Translations under genes and position numbers: made by a program | Part shown: one piece after another, positions 17,149 through 25,039 of the stretch | Layout: the number at the start of each line of letters is the position of its first letter | Numbering within the stretch: position 1 is the first letter of the stretch | Origin: Chloroflexota bacterium | GTDB taxonomy: Bacteria > Chloroflexota > Anaerolineae > Promineifilales > UBA4811 | NCBI GenBank assembly: GCA_039714055.1 | Contig: JBDLKB010000001.1 | Span: 1-31,169 of the forward strand | Direction: 5' to 3' | Length of the DNA: 31,169 nt | The notes under the pieces: model-generated | The model's input: the letters and a program-made list of their open reading frames with translations, nothing else | What the model was told of the DNA's origin: nothing | Database searches by the model: none

Positions 17149-17177
17149 TAGAAATCAAGGAATGATTGGCATATAAT
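17149..17177 (+). promoter_or_regulatory. Probable sigma70 promoter of the acyl-CoA dehydrogenase/HD operon
   Basis: TAGAAA-17 nt-TATAAT. Strong SD AAGGAG precedes ATG 17208. Confidence 0.5.
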
Positions 17178-17207
17178 GTGATCATTCACCAAAAAGGAGA
17201 AGTCAAG

Positions 17208-18350
17208 ATGATTAGCTTCACCCTCTCTGAGGAACAACGCATGATTCGTGACCTGGCGCGTGATTTTGCCACCAAGGAAATCCTGCCGGCGGCAGAGCAT
17301 CATGATGTTTCTAGTGAGTTTCCCTGGAAAGTGATACGCAGGGCTCAGGAGACCGAGTTGATGAATCTCAATGTGCCGGAGGAATATGGCGGACCTGATC
17401 TCTCTGTGCTTGACGAATGCATTGTGAATGAAGAGTTGGCGCATGCTTGCTCAGGGATCCAAACAGCACTAATGTTGAACAGCTTGACTGCGTGGCCTAT
17501 TTTGCTTGCGGGATCAGAGGAGCAGAAACAGAGATATCTAACTCGACTGACAGAAGATGGGCAAATGGCAGCGTACGCCTTGACTGAGCCAGACGCTGGC
17601 TCTGATGTTGCGGGTATCAAGGCTCGTGCTATTCTGGATGGCGACCACTATATCCTGAATGGAAGCAAAGCTTGGATCACAAACTCTCCTGTGGCTGATT
17701 TCTACGTTGTGTTCGCCAAAACGGCTCCGGAACAGCGGCATAAAGGTATCAGTTGTTTCATAGTGGAACGTGAGTGGGATGGGGTCACCGTGGGAGAACC
17801 ATTACACAAGTTGGGACAACACGCAGCACATACGGGCGAGTTGTTCTTTGATAATGTGCGCGTTCCCACTTCCAATCTATTGGGCAAAGAAGGCGATGGT
17901 TTTATGATTGCCATGAAGGTATTCGACCGCTCACGCAACGCAGTCAGCGCGGCGGCAGTTGGTGTAGCGCGTAGAGCTATGGAAGAGGCTAGAGACTATG
18001 CACTCGACCGCACTGCATTTGGCAAACCTATTTACTATCAGCAGGGCGTTTCGTTTATGCTGGCAGACATGGCAACTGAGATCGAGGCTGCAAGGTTGTT
18101 GGTGTGGCAGTCGGCTTGGATGGTCGACAATGATATTCCCAACTCAAAACAGGCTGCTTTTGCCAAGGTTTTTGCCGCAGACATGGTAATGAAAGCCACA
18201 GTCGATGCAGTACAGATATTTGGCGGAAACGGCTACAGTCGTGAATATCCGGTTGAAAAGCTCATGCGAGATGCCAAGATATACCAGATCTATGAAGGCA
18301 CAAGTCAAATCCAAAGAGTCATCATTGGGCGCGAGCTAACTAGAGGGTAG
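17208..18350 (+). CDS. Acyl-CoA dehydrogenase (short/branched-chain type)
   Basis: Motifs [36 protein letters not shown] and [14 protein letters not shown] (catalytic Glu). Start set to ATG 17208 on SD evidence. Confidence 0.94.
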   Translation: MISFTLSEEQRMIRDLARDFATKEILPAAEHHDVSSEFPWKVIRRAQETELMNLNVPEEYGGPDLSVLDECIVNEELAHACSGIQTALMLNSLTAWPILLAGSEEQKQRYLTRLTEDGQMAAYALTEPDAGSDVAGIKARAILDGDHYILNGSKAWITNSPVADFYVVFAKTAPEQRHKGISCFIVEREWDGVTVGEPLHKLGQHAAHTGELFFDNVRVPTSNLLGKEGDGFMIAMKVFDRSRNAVSAAAVGVARRAMEEARDYALDRTAFGKPIYYQQGVSFMLADMATEIEAARLLVWQSAWMVDNDIPNSKQAAFAKVFAADMVMKATVDAVQIFGGNGYSREYPVEKLMRDAKIYQIYEGTSQIQRVIIGRELTRG

Positions 18351-18354
18351 TAGG

Positions 18355-18939
18355 TTGAAAGAGGAAGCACGGCAGCAGATCTTTGATCTGGCATACAAGT
18401 ACCAGTTTGAGGAAGGGCATTCATTGCAGGATGCTCGTTTGGCGCTTTCGCTGTTTGACCAGACCCAAGAGTTGCATGACTTGCCAGATGATTACCGCGA
18501 CTTGCTGGAATTCGCCGCCATATTGCATGATATCGGCTACTGGTACGGATATGTTGGTCATCACAAGAGCGCCTACCGCATGATAATGGATGCAAAGTTA
18601 ACGGCGTTAACCAAGCGAGAGCAACGTCTGGTAGCCTTGATCGCTCGTTATCATCGAGGGGCTAGACCCAAACCAACACACAAGGGTTTTGCTCAACTAT
18701 CACCGGATGATCAGGATGCAGTTGCTAAACTGGGGAGTATTCTGCGCCTGGCTGATGGACTAGATCGCACCCACACTGACGCAGTACGGTCAATCGAAGT
18801 AGTATGGTTGAATGACACGCTGGTGATCTGGGTCTATCCTCCATATGGCATCCAGACCGAGTTATGGGCAGGACAGAAAAAGTCGCGCTTTTTCCAAGAG
18901 GTATTTGACGTTCCCGTAAGGGTGCTTGCCGCTCAATAG
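18355..18939 (+). CDS. Stand-alone HD-domain protein homologous to the C-terminal domain of Ppx/GppA exopolyphosphatases
   Basis: LALSLFDQT..LH, AAILHDIG, HHK..Y.MI, ARYHR...PK..H, LRLADGLDR and a closing 'FQEVF'. The Ppx actin-like ATPase domain is absent. Confidence 0.82.
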   Translation: MKEEARQQIFDLAYKYQFEEGHSLQDARLALSLFDQTQELHDLPDDYRDLLEFAAILHDIGYWYGYVGHHKSAYRMIMDAKLTALTKREQRLVALIARYHRGARPKPTHKGFAQLSPDDQDAVAKLGSILRLADGLDRTHTDAVRSIEVVWLNDTLVIWVYPPYGIQTELWAGQKKSRFFQEVFDVPVRVLAAQ

Positions 18940-18976
18940 CAAGCAATCATCATTCGAGGTGAAGATTAGGATACTG

Positions 18977-19960
18977 CTAGTCTATATAGTCGTGTTCTTT
19001 GTACCAATTGATGGCACGTACAACAGCGGCTCGCAAAGGCGTAGTTTGATACCCTAACTGCGAACGTGCTTTCTCTGAGCTGAATTGCAGCGTTCGGACA
19101 GACAAGCGCATCTGGTTGCCATCAAACGGGATGCGGTTTCCCAGTATCTTGCGAGCGCCGTCCACTGCTGATGCTGCAAACCTTATCATCCACGCAGGGA
19201 TGGTCATCTTGGGCCTCTTCAGACCGAGTTCGTCTACCACCATTTCGATCACTGAGCTATGAGTTACGTTCTCCCCTCCGAGAATGTAACGTTCTCCTGA
19301 TATACCTCTTTCTGCTGCCAAGATGTGCCCCTTGGCTACATCCTCCACCGCCACATAATCAGCACCACCGGGAAGGTAGAACCTAGCAAGCCCCCTAGCA
19401 GCTTCGATAATTATGGATCCAGAGATCATATTGAGATCTCGAGGACCAATAACGATGGTCGGGTTGACTATTACTACATCCTGTCCCAAAGCTACTGCAT
19501 GGCGTACTTTTGTCTCAGCAACAGACTTGGAGTGACCGTATGGGAACTGCTCAGGTCTGAGATTAAAGTGATGGGTTTCGTCCATGATCTGGTCATGTTC
19601 ACCCACCCCTATTGCTCCGACAGTGCTGGTAAATATCACTCGTCTGACAGATGCTTCCATTGCAGCTTGTAGAACAGTCTCTGTGCCTTCCACATTCACC
19701 TGGTACAGTCGATCTGTATCTTGGCGCCAGTAATCTGACACGGCAGCAACATGAAACAACCAATCGCAGCCTCGTGCCGCTTCTTTAACTACCTCATGGT
19801 CATTGATATCTCCGATGCGGGACTCGTATTCCAAGCCCTCGAGTGCATCGAGCCGGGATGTATGCCGGTGCAGCACAGTGACACTGTGCCCCTGTTCAAT
19901 TAACTCCCGCACAATATGTGCGCCCAAGAATCCGGTTCCACCGGTAACTAACGCTTTCAT
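18977..19960 (-). CDS. NAD-dependent epimerase/dehydratase (extended SDR, HpnA/dihydroflavonol reductase-like)
   Basis: Rossmann motif TGGTGFLG, HVAA, VNVEGT, catalytic YGHSK and GP.D. Confidence 0.9.
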   Translation of the reverse strand: MKALVTGGTGFLGAHIVRELIEQGHSVTVLHRHTSRLDALEGLEYESRIGDINDHEVVKEAARGCDWLFHVAAVSDYWRQDTDRLYQVNVEGTETVLQAAMEASVRRVIFTSTVGAIGVGEHDQIMDETHHFNLRPEQFPYGHSKSVAETKVRHAVALGQDVVIVNPTIVIGPRDLNMISGSIIIEAARGLARFYLPGGADYVAVEDVAKGHILAAERGISGERYILGGENVTHSSVIEMVVDELGLKRPKMTIPAWMIRFAASAVDGARKILGNRIPFDGNQMRLSVRTLQFSSEKARSQLGYQTTPLRAAVVRAINWYKEHDYID

Positions 19961-19979
19961 CGATTGCTTCCTGTGGCGG

Positions 19980-19988
19980 ATTCTACCA
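19980..19988 (-). promoter_or_regulatory. Extended -10 (TG-G-TAGAAT) for the SDR gene
   Basis: Matches TGnTAnnnT 19 nt upstream of ATG 19960, with an AGGA SD in between. Confidence 0.5.
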
Positions 19989-20010
19989 TAGGTAAAGATC
20001 CCCGCACTTC

Positions 20011-20039
20011 TTGCATGGAGAGCGTCAACAGGTTACGCT
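20011..20039 (+). promoter_or_regulatory. Candidate sigma70 promoter for the DUF362 gene (leaderless geometry)
   Basis: TTGCAT-17 nt-TACGCT-7 nt-ATG(20047). No SD. Confidence 0.45.
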
Positions 20040-20046
20040 TCGCTGT

Positions 20047-21192
20047 ATGATGAACAAGTCTGTGGTTGCGCTCGTCAAGTGCTCAAACTACACCCTGGAT
20101 GAGGTCAATCATGCGCTGGAGCGAGGATTCGACCTTCTTGGCGGGCTGGAGAATCTGGTACATCCCGATGAATTGTGGTTGCTCAAGCCGAATCTACTAG
20201 TCGGCAGCCGACCAGAGGCTGCAGTCACTACACACCCCATTGTATTAGAAGCTATTGGTAGCCAGCTACAAAAGGCTAGAGTCCGTGTGACTTATGGTGA
20301 CTCACCAGGGTTTGGCAGTGCCGGACTTGTAGCAAGGATCTCAGGGCTGGCTGAGGTAGCAGAGCGTTTAAATATTCCCTTGGCGGACATGTCGTCCAAG
20401 GTCAATGTTTCATTTCCCGAGGGTAATCTGGTAAAACAGTTTGGCTTGGGACACGGCGCAGTGGAAGCAGACGCCATTCTCTCATTGCCAAAGCTCAAGA
20501 CGCATGGGCTGCTGCGGGTCACTGGCGCAGTCAAAAACCAACTAGGTTGTGTTGCTGGTCTGGGAAAATCCTCATTTCACGTGCAGTTAGCAAACAAGAT
20601 TCATTTCGCCCAGATGCTGGTGGATCTCAATCGTTTATTGAGTCCTAGATTAGTTGTGATGGATGCCATCGTGGCTATGGAGGGAAACGGACCTCGAGGG
20701 GGCGATCCTCGCCATGTGGGTGTATTGCTGCTTTCAACCGACCCTATTGCTCTCGATGCGGTGGCTTGCCGACTAATAAACCTCGATCCTGGCTTGCTGT
20801 TAACCTGCAAATGGGGAGATCGTTGGGGACTAGGATCGATTAATGAATACACTCTAGTAGGTGATAGCCTGGATGACTTGGTAGTGCCTGACTTTAAGGT
20901 CAATCGAGGGGTGGAGACAGGTCATGACCGTGTAGGCCCATCGCATACATTGATACGGACCTGGTTTGCGAAGAGACCAGTACTGGCAACTGAACGTTGC
21001 GTGGGATGTGGAACTTGTTTTGAGGTTTGTCCCACGATACCAAAGGCGATCAAGATGAACGAGTCAAACACCCTCCCTCTTCCCGATTTTAACCTCGATC
21101 ATTGCATCCGATGTTACTGCTGTCAGGAGATGTGTCCCGAGAAGGCGATCATACTGCGCCCCACACCCCTGGGCCGCATATTGGGTTGGTAG
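20047..21192 (+). CDS. DUF362 domain protein with C-terminal 2x[4Fe-4S] ferredoxin domain
   Basis: Motifs KPNL, GDSPG, PKLKTH, GAVKNQLG and MEGNGP; ferredoxin motifs CVGCGTCFEVCP and CIRCYCCQEMCP. Confidence 0.88.
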   Translation: MMNKSVVALVKCSNYTLDEVNHALERGFDLLGGLENLVHPDELWLLKPNLLVGSRPEAAVTTHPIVLEAIGSQLQKARVRVTYGDSPGFGSAGLVARISGLAEVAERLNIPLADMSSKVNVSFPEGNLVKQFGLGHGAVEADAILSLPKLKTHGLLRVTGAVKNQLGCVAGLGKSSFHVQLANKIHFAQMLVDLNRLLSPRLVVMDAIVAMEGNGPRGGDPRHVGVLLLSTDPIALDAVACRLINLDPGLLLTCKWGDRWGLGSINEYTLVGDSLDDLVVPDFKVNRGVETGHDRVGPSHTLIRTWFAKRPVLATERCVGCGTCFEVCPTIPKAIKMNESNTLPLPDFNLDHCIRCYCCQEMCPEKAIILRPTPLGRILGW

Positions 21193-21201
21193 AAGGTCCC
21201 C

Positions 21202-21612
21202 CTATTCATTTGCTATGGGTGCCAACTGGTTGTACATGTTTTGAGGTAAAGATATCGCTTTCCCGCTGCCATCCACACAGATGAGTCGCGTGCTCCCTGT
21301 TGCCAGAACACGGTCATTTGCCCTATCTGACACTGTGTATTCGAATGTAATCGATCGGGTCTTTAATCTAGTCAGACTTGTTGAGACTTTGACCTCTTGA
21401 CCAAATTTGGCCGCCAATCGATACTTGACATGAACCTCAACCATAGCTAACTGCGCATCTTCGCCTGCCCACTCTTGGTAGTCGAGCCCATTGGCCCTAA
21501 AGAACGCCACGCGACCAGCTTCGAACCAAACAAGATGGTTGGAATGATGTACAATGCCCATAGCGTCAGTCTCGGCAAAGCGCACGGGAAAAGTAGTATC
21601 AATCTGATTCAT
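21202..21612 (-). CDS. Acyl-CoA thioesterase, hot-dog fold (YbgC/FadM/4HBT family)
   Basis: VRFAETDAMGIVHHSNHLVWFEAGR signature; GGAGG SD. Confidence 0.9.
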   Translation of the reverse strand: MNQIDTTFPVRFAETDAMGIVHHSNHLVWFEAGRVAFFRANGLDYQEWAGEDAQLAMVEVHVKYRLAAKFGQEVKVSTSLTRLKTRSITFEYTVSDRANDRVLATGSTRLICVDGSGKAISLPQNMYNQLAPIANE

Positions 21613-21663
21613 CTTGTTCCTCCATTAACTAGCATGTTGAATGTCAGCGTTAAAACCATACCA

Positions 21664-21691
21664 TTGACGGCCAATTACCCGTCTGTATAAT
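21664..21691 (+). promoter_or_regulatory. Near-consensus sigma70 promoter of the PBP gene
   Basis: TTGACG-16 nt-TATAAT. Confidence 0.7.
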
Positions 21692-21726
21692 GCTCCGGCA
21701 TCATTCTTGCACCGGAACAATCATAT

Positions 21727-24700
21727 GTGAATGTGCGTCTAAATGCCATGAATGAGTTGAACTCGAGTCAATCGAATAACGACAAACCCGAGCCGCTGCA
21801 CAGCGATTCTGCAGACGAGGTCCAGCCAACCTGGACCATCCACCAAGAAAATAGCGTTCCGCAAGATGATGAAGAGACAACACCAGAGGATATATTCGAC
21901 AGTGAGGATACGGTACTCCGTCCACCCCCGTGGACCGACCCGGATGCTACCTTGGTTCAATCCTCTGGAATTCCAGGAAGAACGCATCTGGGACCGCCTG
22001 ATTGGCAGCCGCTACGAGATGAAAACAGTGTAACCAGACCTACTTCCAGACCGACAACACCGCCAGACCCACTACCTTCACCACCAAATATTCCACCTCC
22101 ACCACCTATGCGCCCACGACCTTATCGACCTTCAACAACACCTCGACAGAAGAACAATGGTACGGGCTGTTTTCTCAAAACATTGATTTATGGAATTATC
22201 ATTGCTTTGATTTTTGCTTTTATCGGTGTGTCTGCTGCTGCGGTTGGCTACATAGCTATCGCCTCGCAACTTCCGCCGCCAGACGAACTTGCATCGAGAG
22301 CATCTGACTTTGAGACAGGATATATCCTTGACTCCGAGGGAAATCTGCTTTATGAACTCATCCCCTCAGACATGGGACGCCGACAAAGGGTAACTCTCAA
22401 GCAGATCTCACCACTTTTGATCCAAGCTACGATTGATACTGAGGATAGGTACTTTTACCAACATCCTGGCTTTGATCCCATTGGAATCGCCAGGGCGGCA
22501 GTACAAAACCTGATAGAACGTGAGATTGTCAGCGGCGCAAGCACTATTACCCAACAAGTCGCCCGGGGCATCCTCATGACACCCGAAGAGAGGGTGCAAG
22601 AAACAGCCAGTCGAAAGATTCGAGAGGCTATCCTGGCGACCGAGATATCGCGGCGATATTCAAAAGACGAGGTACTGGAGCTGTACCTGAACGAAATAAA
22701 CTATGGCAACCTAGCCTATGGAATCGAGGCGGCGTCACAGACCTATTTCGGTAAAAATGCATCGGAACTCAATCTTTCTGAAGCTTCGCTGCTCGCAGGA
22801 CTTCCACAAGCGCCTGCAGCATGGGACCCTTATACCGCACCGGAACTAGCACTTGGTAGACAAAGCCAGGTGCTTGCCTTGATGGTTGAAGCCGGGAGCA
22901 TCAGCCGTGAGAACATGGCAGCGGCTATGGCAGAGATGGAGAGCCGTATCTATGATCTCGAACCACCTCGAGTGGATATGGTTTACCCTCACTTTGTCAG
23001 CTATGTGCGTCAAGAGCTAGAGGGTCTTATGGGTCCTCAAAGCAGCTACCGGCAGGGGATCCGTGTATTCACCTCGATAGTCCCCCAGGTGCAGCAGGCT
23101 GCACTAGACACTGTTACCGAACACCAGCAACACTATGCTGACTGGGGCGCCAATAACACCGCTCTAGTCGCCGTCCATCCTGAAACCGGGCGAATTCTTG
23201 CCATGGTTGGAAGTATGGACTTTTACGATGATTCAATCGATGGGCAAGTCAACGTGTCCCTGTCCGGCAGACAGCCCGGCAGCTCCATCAAACCTCTTAC
23301 CTATGTAACCAATTTGGAAGAAGGATGGACTCCCAGCACCTTGATTTGGGATGTGCCAGTGACCTTCTCAAATGAATGGGGACAGACCTACACCCCAAAG
23401 AATTATGACGACAGATTCCACGGACCTACACTGCTGCGTGATGCGCTGGCAAACTCGTACAACATCCCTGCAGTCAAGGGATTGAATCAAGTTGGGGTAT
23501 GCAACTTAATCGAACGAGCCAACCAAATCGGAATATCATCGCTCAACGACACAGGCTGTGACACTGTAGGCAAACCGAGTGACTATTGGCTTGCCTTAAC
23601 CTTGGGAGGCGGTGAAATAAGCCCGATGGAGATGGTTTCATTCTATGCCACATTGGCTAACAATGGGAACAGAATCGATCCCGTCTCTATCGTACGTATC
23701 GAGGATTTGCAGGGCAACCTGATATACGAAGCCAAACCGGAACCAAAGACCGTCATCCGAGCGGAACATGCTTATCTGATCAGCGACATTCTGTCTGACA
23801 ATAATGCCAGAATGCCAGCTTTCGGGCAGAACAACTGGCTGCAGTTCAATGACCGCCGGGTGGCTGCCAAGACCGGTACATCCGGCACAAACGCGGACGA
23901 TGTCCGGGATGCTTGGACAATTGGCTATACCCCTCAAATCGCTGTAGGTGTGTGGGTAGGTAATACAGATAACTCACCAATGGCGCCGGGAGCATCTGGC
24001 TACCGTATTGCTTCACCTGTTTGGCGCTCATTCATGGAGCGTGTACTCAGCAATATGGAAGTAGTAGACTTTGCTCGCCCGGCAGGGATTGTGCAAACAG
24101 AAATTTGTGTCGATTCAGGAACGATTCCGTCCGAGGATTGCCCTGCAGACCGGCGCAAGATGGAGTTGTTTGCGAACAACCAGCCGCCTCTCTCAGCGGA
24201 ACATGACATCTACCGTCGAAAGCAGGTGGATTTGTGGACTGGTATGGAAGCAAATGAACATTGTACTGAAGCAGTCGAAGAGAGACTGTACGTGGTGATT
24301 GATGATAAAACTGGGCGCGCCTGGGTCGAAGAGACCGCCTCGGGTCGGCAATGGGCTGCCAATCGCAACATCACCATGGTTGAATACCCGGGTGATCCCA
24401 GTCCCCGACTCCCGCTTCCACCTTCCGTCGCTTGCGGTCCCGATACTCCACGTCCTCAGGTAATATTAACTTCACCGAACGAAGGACAACGAGTTCTTGG
24501 CGAACTCATTCTGTACGGGCGCGTTATTGCTCCTAACATGCGTGCTTATCGGGTGGAATACGGTGAGGGAGGAAATCCGATTGGATGGGGTCTAGTAAGC
24601 GATTGGAATCCGAGTCCGGTTGAAGCAGGCGAGATTGCTAGATGGAACACGCGCAATGTCAAGGATTATGAGTATACCTTGCGCGTGCTCATCGCTGGCC

Positions 24701-24996
24701 CCGTTGATAAAAATGGGAACGAGGTGCTGTTTGAGCATCGAGTGCACGTGAATGTGCTTAATCCAACACCGACCCCGACCGAGACGCCTACACCAACACA
24801 GACACCGACATCTACTCTAACACCAACTCCGACAGAGACACCGACCGAGACGCCTACCCCAACCCTGGCACCGGTGACGTTGGTGCCGACGCCGACAAAA
24901 GAAAAGGGTCCTCCTCCTACGGAGACGCCACCACCGCCATCTCCATCTCCGACGAGTACACCACCCCCGGCGGAAACCCCGACCCCGACTCCGTGA
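21727..24996 (+). CDS. Class A penicillin-binding protein (transglycosylase + transpeptidase) with acidic/Pro-rich N-terminus, Cys-containing and Ig-like C-terminal region, and Pro/Thr tail
   Basis: TM helix at about aa 153-179. GT51 motifs EDRYFYQH, GASTITQQ, RKIRE, KDEVLELYLN and LAGLPQAP. Transpeptidase motifs SSIK, SYN and KTG. Start uncertain (GTG 21727 or ATG 21748). Confidence 0.93.
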   Translation: MNVRLNAMNELNSSQSNNDKPEPLHSDSADEVQPTWTIHQENSVPQDDEETTPEDIFDSEDTVLRPPPWTDPDATLVQSSGIPGRTHLGPPDWQPLRDENSVTRPTSRPTTPPDPLPSPPNIPPPPPMRPRPYRPSTTPRQKNNGTGCFLKTLIYGIIIALIFAFIGVSAAAVGYIAIASQLPPPDELASRASDFETGYILDSEGNLLYELIPSDMGRRQRVTLKQISPLLIQATIDTEDRYFYQHPGFDPIGIARAAVQNLIEREIVSGASTITQQVARGILMTPEERVQETASRKIREAILATEISRRYSKDEVLELYLNEINYGNLAYGIEAASQTYFGKNASELNLSEASLLAGLPQAPAAWDPYTAPELALGRQSQVLALMVEAGSISRENMAAAMAEMESRIYDLEPPRVDMVYPHFVSYVRQELEGLMGPQSSYRQGIRVFTSIVPQVQQAALDTVTEHQQHYADWGANNTALVAVHPETGRILAMVGSMDFYDDSIDGQVNVSLSGRQPGSSIKPLTYVTNLEEGWTPSTLIWDVPVTFSNEWGQTYTPKNYDDRFHGPTLLRDALANSYNIPAVKGLNQVGVCNLIERANQIGISSLNDTGCDTVGKPSDYWLALTLGGGEISPMEMVSFYATLANNGNRIDPVSIVRIEDLQGNLIYEAKPEPKTVIRAEHAYLISDILSDNNARMPAFGQNNWLQFNDRRVAAKTGTSGTNADDVRDAWTIGYTPQIAVGVWVGNTDNSPMAPGASGYRIASPVWRSFMERVLSNMEVVDFARPAGIVQTEICVDSGTIPSEDCPADRRKMELFANNQPPLSAEHDIYRRKQVDLWTGMEANEHCTEAVEERLYVVIDDKTGRAWVEETASGRQWAANRNITMVEYPGDPSPRLPLPPSVACGPDTPRPQVILTSPNEGQRVLGELILYGRVIAPNMRAYRVEYGEGGNPIGWGLVSDWNPSPVEAGEIARWNTRNVKDYEYTLRVLIAGPVDKNGNEVLFEHRVHVNVLNPTPTPTETPTPTQTPTSTLTPTPTETPTETPTPTLAPVTLVPTPTKEKGPPPTETPPPPSPSPTSTPPPAETPTPTP
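24763..24993 (+). repeat. Low-complexity (PT/ET)n coding repeat at the PBP C-terminus
   Basis: Encodes PTPTPTETPTPTQTPT...PPAETPTPTP. The DNA repeat is degenerate at third codon positions. Confidence 0.85.
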
Positions 24997-25003
24997 CAAT
25001 TAC

Positions 25004-25038
25004 AGGGGGAAGAGACAAAGCTCTTCCCCCTTTCTTTT
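25004..25038 (+). terminator. Intrinsic terminator between the convergent PBP and PLP-enzyme genes
   Basis: Perfect 11-bp stem AGGGGGAAGAG/CTCTTCCCCCT, 6-nt loop ACAAAG, then TTCTTTT. It may also work weakly on the minus strand. Confidence 0.85.
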
Positions 25039-25039
25039 G

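Noticed and set aside
17141-17160. Direct repeat ATCAAGG-N6-ATCAAGG in the divergent promoter region
   Set aside because: It could be an operator, but it is a single 7-mer pair with no other copy or cognate regulator in the window.
24763-24993. Tandem DNA repeat, CRISPR-like array or DGR-type repeat pair
   Set aside because: The repetition is explained by Pro/Thr codons with variable wobble positions. There are no constant repeat-spacer units and no cas or RT gene.
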